Of a DNA stretch of 64,000 nucleotides, positions 58,865 through 64,000 are shown in pieces. Origin of the DNA: a virus; IMG/VR virus record IMGVR_UViG_3300006793_000021, positions 11,321-75,320 of that record; one strand, 5' to 3'. Below the pieces are notes generated by a model, which was given only the letters and a program-made list of their open reading frames with translations, searched no databases and was not told the DNA's origin. The position numbers and the translations under genes are program-made. Every line of letters begins with the position of its first letter. Within the stretch, counting starts at the first letter, position 1.

Positions 58865-59365
58865 ATGACCAAAAAACTAGAAGATTTACTCAACATGCCT
58901 GATTCGAAAGAAATTATACAACAGGCAGAAAAACAAGAAAAAGCGCAAGCTAAACACGAAGTAGCTCATGAAGATAGTTTTCGTGATATAGCAGAGTTTG
59001 ATAAAATTACTAGTGCATTACCAGCCGTTAAAGGCTTAGGTGATAAAGCAGATAGTGAGCTAAATGAAATAGCAGATAAAGCACTTGAAGCATATGATGA
59101 TTTAATGAATCTTGGTATGAATGTAGAAAGTCGTTATAGCGGTAGAGTATTTGAAGTTGCTGGCGGACTACTTAAAACAGGACTAGATGCAAAGGTAGCA
59201 AAACTTAATAATAAGTTAAAAATGGTTGAACTACAACTTAGAAAAGAAAAGCAAGATAAAGACAGCGGTGTTACAGAAGACGGTATGATTGCTGGAGAAG
59301 GCTATGTTGTAACAGATCGCAACAGCCTCTTAGAAAAGCTCAAAGGACTCGATAAGGATAAATAA
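58865..59365 (+). CDS. Hypothetical protein, possible terminase small subunit
   Basis: Helical protein with YDDLMNLG..VE.RY.GRVFEVA..LL and C-terminal DRNSLL..L; close to the large terminase. Confidence 0.45.
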   Translation: MTKKLEDLLNMPDSKEIIQQAEKQEKAQAKHEVAHEDSFRDIAEFDKITSALPAVKGLGDKADSELNEIADKALEAYDDLMNLGMNVESRYSGRVFEVAGGLLKTGLDAKVAKLNNKLKMVELQLRKEKQDKDSGVTEDGMIAGEGYVVTDRNSLLEKLKGLDKDK

Positions 59366-59375
59366 CTTATATAGG

Positions 59376-59897
59376 ATGGATAATATGGAAACACGATTTC
59401 AAGAATTGCTAAACGAGTCTAAAAAGACTTATGCATTTAAAATAGGTATTGCAGGTAATTTACCTGAAGGTTGCGAAGACAGCATCAAAACATGCTTACA
59501 AAAGTATGATGTTGCTAGTATGAGCAAAGGTAAAAAGACCCCTATTACAGAACGTCCGTTAGATTTTCCACAATTAGAAAACATGGAAGTTACATACTTC
59601 GAAGTTGAACTTAACTATCCTTCCACACAACAAGTATTACAAGAGTATATTGGACAGTGCTGTAACATAGATCAAGCACATATCATTGTAAGAAATCCAT
59701 TAGAGATGCAAGAGAAGTATCAGGAAATGCCTGAAGACACTGTGTATCAAGCAAAGTTAACAACAGAAGACATGGGTGGCGAAAGCGCACAAGATTCAGT
59801 TGGTGAAAACAGAGTAATGGAATTGTTAAAAGAACTTGAAAAAGTAAAAACAGAACGTGAGCACGATCCAAGTGCGGCGGTATCGGAGACAAAATAA
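59376..59897 (+). CDS. Hypothetical protein
   Basis: 173-aa ORF after TAAATA 59359-59364; start could be 59385; F...L.ES motif near N-terminus. Confidence 0.7.
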   Translation: MDNMETRFQELLNESKKTYAFKIGIAGNLPEGCEDSIKTCLQKYDVASMSKGKKTPITERPLDFPQLENMEVTYFEVELNYPSTQQVLQEYIGQCCNIDQAHIIVRNPLEMQEKYQEMPEDTVYQAKLTTEDMGGESAQDSVGENRVMELLKELEKVKTEREHDPSAAVSETK

Positions 59898-60571
59898 TGA
59901 ATATGAAAAAGTTAATAGAGTCGATTGATGTTGCACAGGAAGGCTTACCAATGCCTATGCCTAGTCCAGCACCAGAGATGGACAAAGGTAACCCAGTAAC
60001 AATGAATGTATCAATGAATGCAAGCGGCAAAGAACATGTTGCAGATTTAATTGATATGATGAAAAACGCAGGCATGGAAGGCGCTAAAGAAGTTGACGCT
60101 GATATTATGCCAATGCGTAGAGACATGGAAAGATTACGTGACATAGTTAAAGGTCCAGATATGGATAAAGATATGGACGATCTTAAACCAGGCGTACAAG
60201 ACGAACCATGTGATAATTGCGGTAAGCAACATGTTGGTGCAAGTAGTTGTATGGACGATATTGAAGCTGATGAAGCATATGCTAACGAACCAGATGAAAA
60301 ATACGGTGCGATTGACGATGTAATTAATTCAGGTGATGATTTACATAAGTCTAAAGCGGCATATCCTGCAACACAGGGTGGCGACAATCCAATGGCGTTA
60401 CAAGACGAAATTAAAGAAAAATTAGCGGCTAGACTCAAAGAGTTAATGGCTGGCGATGTAGAAGAAGCAGGCGACCACGATCATGATGATGACGAAGAAC
60501 ATGATTGTCCAGAATGCGGTGCTCCAGGCAAAAAGAAATTAATGGCTTGCGGCTCTTGCGGCTGTAGCTAA
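59897..60571 (+). CDS. Acidic Met-rich protein with CxxC clusters (possible internal head protein)
   Basis: MKKLIES start, YANEPDE, CDNC..H....C, C-terminal HDHD..HDCPEC...CGSCGC. Confidence 0.65.
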   Translation: MNMKKLIESIDVAQEGLPMPMPSPAPEMDKGNPVTMNVSMNASGKEHVADLIDMMKNAGMEGAKEVDADIMPMRRDMERLRDIVKGPDMDKDMDDLKPGVQDEPCDNCGKQHVGASSCMDDIEADEAYANEPDEKYGAIDDVINSGDDLHKSKAAYPATQGGDNPMALQDEIKEKLAARLKELMAGDVEEAGDHDHDDDEEHDCPECGAPGKKKLMACGSCGCS

Positions 60572-60584
60572 AATACACAAATTC

Positions 60585-60611
60585 AATAGGGCTTCCGGGC
60601 CCTATTTTTTT
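60585..60611 (+). terminator. Rho-independent terminator
   Basis: AATAGGGC-TTCCGG-GCCCTATT plus T run. Confidence 0.85.
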
Positions 60612-60624
60612 GAGTAAATACAGT

Positions 60625-62205
60625 ATGAGCAAGAGTTTAGACGGTGTCCTTACCAAAAAGGCCAATCAAACAGAAACATTTAGCGAAGCACAAATTGCTG
60701 ACTTACTAGCATGTACAGATCCTAACGAAGGTTACTTGTACTTTGCTAAGAAGTTTGCTTACATACAACACCCTGTACAAGGTAAGTTGTTGTTTGATCC
60801 TTATGAGTATCAGTTGCGTTTGATGCACAGTTATCACAACTATCGCTTTAATATAAACATGATGCCTAGACAAACAGGTAAAACTACATGTGCGGCAATA
60901 TACCTAGCATGGTATGCAATGTTTGTACCTGATCAAACTATACTAATTGCGGCACACAAGTACACAGGTGCTCAAGAGATTATGGCACGTATACGTTACA
61001 TATATGAAACGTGTGAAGATCATATTAGAGCAGGTGTTACAAGTTATAATAAAGGCTCAATTGAATTTGAAAATGGTAGTAGAATTGTATCACAAACAAC
61101 TACTGGAAATACTGGACGTGGTATGTCCATATCATTACTATACTGTGACGAGTTTGCATTTGTGCAACCTAACATCGCAGAAGAGTTTTGGACATCAATA
61201 TCACCTACACTAGCAACAGGTGGTCGTGCTATTATTACTAGCACACCTAACAGTGATGAAGATACATTTGCTACTATTTGGAAACAAGCAGAAGAAAAGT
61301 TTGATGCACATGGCAATGAGCAAGAACTAGGATCAAATGGCTTTCATAGTTTTGTTGCAGAATGGCAAGAACATCCAGACAGAGACGAAGAGTGGAAAGA
61401 AGCAGAAATTGGACGTATAGGCGAAGAAAAGTTTAGACGTGAGTATGGTTGTGAATTCCTAGTATTTGACGAAACACTTATTAACAGTATTAAGTTGGCC
61501 GCAATGGATGGTAAAAATCCTATATTAAATATGGGTCAGACTCGCTGGTATAAAAAGCCAAGCTCAGAGTTTACATATGCAGTTGCACTAGATCCAAGTA
61601 TGGGTACAGGCGGAGATAATGCCGCAATCGAAGTATTTGAATTACCTAGTTATGAACAAGTAGCAGAGTGGCAACATAACCAAACAGGCATTCCAGGACA
61701 AGTTAGAGTATTAAGCGATATATGTAATTACATTGCTACTGAAACTAAGTCTGATACTAATGTATATTGGAGTGTAGAAAACAATGGTATAGGTGAAGCC
61801 GCGCTTATTGTTATCAATGACTTTGGTGAAGAAAACATACCAGGACTATTTGTAAGTGAACCTATACGTAAAGGACATGTACGTAAGTTCCGCAAAGGCT
61901 TTAATACTACACACGGTACAAAAATTACTGCATGTAGTAGACTTAAAACTATGATAGAAAACGATAAAATGTCTATAACAAGTAAACCTTTATTATCAGA
62001 ACTAAAAGGATTTGTTGCAACAGGATCAAGTTTCCAAGCAAAATCAGGAATGACAGATGATCTAGTAAGTGCTACATTACTTGCTATAAGAATGATGGCT
62101 GTTCTCAAAGACTGGGATCCAAGAGTGTATAATACATTCAATCAAGCCGAACAAGATGAAGATTATGAAGCACCAATGCCGATCTTCATTAGTAGTAACT
62201 ATTGA
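60625..62205 (+). CDS. gp17: Terminase large subunit, T4 gp17-like
   Basis: PRQTGKTT Walker A, LLYCDEFAF Walker B, ITSTPN, ALDPSMG.GGD and DDLV nuclease motifs; ATG at 60625 preferred over TTG at 60610. Confidence 0.96.
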   Translation: MSKSLDGVLTKKANQTETFSEAQIADLLACTDPNEGYLYFAKKFAYIQHPVQGKLLFDPYEYQLRLMHSYHNYRFNINMMPRQTGKTTCAAIYLAWYAMFVPDQTILIAAHKYTGAQEIMARIRYIYETCEDHIRAGVTSYNKGSIEFENGSRIVSQTTTGNTGRGMSISLLYCDEFAFVQPNIAEEFWTSISPTLATGGRAIITSTPNSDEDTFATIWKQAEEKFDAHGNEQELGSNGFHSFVAEWQEHPDRDEEWKEAEIGRIGEEKFRREYGCEFLVFDETLINSIKLAAMDGKNPILNMGQTRWYKKPSSEFTYAVALDPSMGTGGDNAAIEVFELPSYEQVAEWQHNQTGIPGQVRVLSDICNYIATETKSDTNVYWSVENNGIGEAALIVINDFGEENIPGLFVSEPIRKGHVRKFRKGFNTTHGTKITACSRLKTMIENDKMSITSKPLLSELKGFVATGSSFQAKSGMTDDLVSATLLAIRMMAVLKDWDPRVYNTFNQAEQDEDYEAPMPIFISSNY

Positions 62206-62216
62206 TAAATACATTT

Positions 62217-64000
62217 ATGCAGAATTTAGACGTAACAGCAGAAGAACTATTTAATAAGATACGTGGACGCTTTCCAAGTATTACAATTGGTGATGCTGAA
62301 GGCAATGTAACTAACGAACCTAAACTAGGTAGATACTTTGATTTTGACTTTGTAAATGAAGGTCGTCCAATTGGTAAAGTTAGTGTAAGTCTAGATGAAA
62401 AAAGTGTGGCAGTAGTATACGGTGGCGACTTAGTTGCTACTGAGTCTGATATAGCAAAAAAAGGCTGGTACGATTTCTTAAAAGAACTACGCATGTTTGC
62501 AAGAAAACGAACACTAGAATTTGACACAAGAGACATAACAAAATCTAATTTAGATCAAAGAGATTACAAATTTTTGGCAAAGAATCGTGACGGGGATAAC
62601 GGAATGAACGAATCAAAATTATATGGCACATCAAGACAGTCTTATCAAGACTTTGATGGAGCACGTTTAATGATCAAACATACAGAAGGTGTTGATCAAG
62701 AAGCCAGTGCAGGACGCACTAGAAAAATTGGCGCAATATATGTTGAAAGCTCAGAAGGTGAAAGATTTAAATATCCTTTCAAACATCTTACTGGTGCAAG
62801 AGCAATGGCAAGACATGTATCAGAAGGCGGAGTACCGCATGATGAGTTTGGTAAGCATATTGTAAGTATGTCAGAAGAAATGAATAAACTACGTAAGTTT
62901 AAATCTTACATGGGTCGTTCAGCAGTAATGGCAGAAAGCCTTGCAGAGTATGTAGATGTTGTTAAGCAACGTGTAGGTACAATTAAGAAAACACTAGAAT
63001 CATTACAGAAGCCAGCATATTATAAAGAAACATTTGAAGCATTTGAAACCCCTGTACTTGAAGATGTTCCTACTGATGTTGCTGAAAATTGGATTGATCA
63101 ACTTACTATTAAACAGTTCAATGAAGAACTATCAGATGTATTCCCCTACATTTATAAATTAGTAAGTGAAGCAAACAAAGCTGAAGAATTAACTGCTGAA
63201 GATTTAATGGCAGAAGTAGCAGGACCAGACAAGTGCTGGCCTGGACACAGAAAAGTTGGTACACAAGCAGGTACTGGCAAGAACAAAGGCAAACGTGTAA
63301 ACAAATGTAAAAAAATTGAAGGTGCAGAAGATCGCGCCCGTTATAATGCAGATGAAACTCCACGTGGTGAGAAGAAGAAAAAAGTTAGTCTTAAAAAAGC
63401 ACCGTGGGAAAAAGATGACGAAGAAGTAGAAGAGTCAGGCTTACAACGTTACACAGGTATTAAGAAGTACGGCAAAAAAGGTTTTGAAGCATTACAAAAA
63501 GCTGGACGTGAAGGTGCAAGCGAAGAAGAAAAAGGCGCAATCAAAGACAAGTATCTAAGTAAAGAAGAAATGGAAATTGAATCAGCGTTTGAAGCAATGA
63601 TGGGACAGTTTGCTGAAACACCTACTAACGAAGCAGATGAAGGCAAAGTAGGAACTATGGCGTTATTTGTTACTGATCAAGATGGCGGCGAACACGAAGT
63701 AGAAGTTCAAGTTAAAATTGTAAATGGTAAGCCAGAGATTGATCCTAATACATTACCTGGACCAGAAGATATGCTTTATTGGGATGATGCTGATATTGAG
63801 CAACAAGCAATGGATGCAATGCGCGACGGTGATATTGAGTTTGACGAAGGCAATGCATACGCACACGCTGTAAAGAAAGCCAAAATGAATGGCAAGAAAA
63901 AAGGCGATAAGATAGACGGTCCAGACGGCGACGAAATAACACTTGAAAAGGACGAAAAGACACCATTAGGCGAGTTTATACTTTCTTACTACGATAAAGA
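62217..64000 (+). CDS. Large hypothetical protein, 3' truncated (absent from the ORF track because it has no stop in the window)
   Basis: MQNLDVTAEELFNKIRGRF...WYDFLKELRMFARKR...GERFKYPFKHLTGARAMARHV..., open to the window end; TAAATA at 62206-62211. Confidence 0.8.
   Translation, partial: MQNLDVTAEELFNKIRGRFPSITIGDAEGNVTNEPKLGRYFDFDFVNEGRPIGKVSVSLDEKSVAVVYGGDLVATESDIAKKGWYDFLKELRMFARKRTLEFDTRDITKSNLDQRDYKFLAKNRDGDNGMNESKLYGTSRQSYQDFDGARLMIKHTEGVDQEASAGRTRKIGAIYVESSEGERFKYPFKHLTGARAMARHVSEGGVPHDEFGKHIVSMSEEMNKLRKFKSYMGRSAVMAESLAEYVDVVKQRVGTIKKTLESLQKPAYYKETFEAFETPVLEDVPTDVAENWIDQLTIKQFNEELSDVFPYIYKLVSEANKAEELTAEDLMAEVAGPDKCWPGHRKVGTQAGTGKNKGKRVNKCKKIEGAEDRARYNADETPRGEKKKKVSLKKAPWEKDDEEVEESGLQRYTGIKKYGKKGFEALQKAGREGASEEEKGAIKDKYLSKEEMEIESAFEAMMGQFAETPTNEADEGKVGTMALFVTDQDGGEHEVEVQVKIVNGKPEIDPNTLPGPEDMLYWDDADIEQQAMDAMRDGDIEFDEGNAYAHAVKKAKMNGKKKGDKIDGPDGDEITLEKDEKTPLGEFILSYYDK

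Noticed and set aside
59683-60438. 251-aa minus-strand ORF and the many other antisense ORFs over the giant genes
   Set aside because: Shadow ORFs produced by codon bias of the + strand genes; Ser/Ile/Val/Leu-rich with no motifs or SD
60625-62205. Intein or intron in terminase, MCP or sheath
   Set aside because: ORFs are continuous, with no intein splice motifs or LAGLIDADG blocks seen
1-64000. CRISPR array, tRNA, rRNA or tmRNA genes
   Set aside because: No regularly spaced repeat-spacer units, cloverleaf/T-loop motifs or tmRNA ends seen in the few intergenic gaps
1-64000. Stop-codon reassignment
   Set aside because: Genes up to 9.3 kb are intact in the standard code; TAG (5124) and TGA (62205) end genes normally

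Overview
A 64-kb piece of the virion morphogenesis region of a large, AT-rich, T4-like myophage, probably marine and infecting a Gram-negative host. It runs from prohead protease, scaffold and major capsid protein, through a phage-encoded porin and a ~550-nt intergenic cluster of structured RNAs (a glutamine-riboswitch-like element with a 32-aa peptide, an independently transcribed ~240-nt pseudoknotted ncRNA, and a structured leader). About 40 kb of giant paralogous baseplate/fiber-type proteins follow. Next is a cassette of three paralogous Gly-rich beta-propeller-like proteins, two accessory proteins, a U32-family Fe-S enzyme and a SAM methyltransferase, then a subtilisin, neck proteins, dNMP kinase, sheath, tube, head completion protein and large terminase. 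Strongest second-look items: the triplet/U32/methyltransferase cassette, phycobiliprotein-like KCxRDxG repeats in a 3098-aa virion protein, the RNA cluster after the porin, leaderless late transcripts at TAAATA promoters, and context-dependent avoidance of GCWGC. All calls come from reading motifs by eye; no searches were run.
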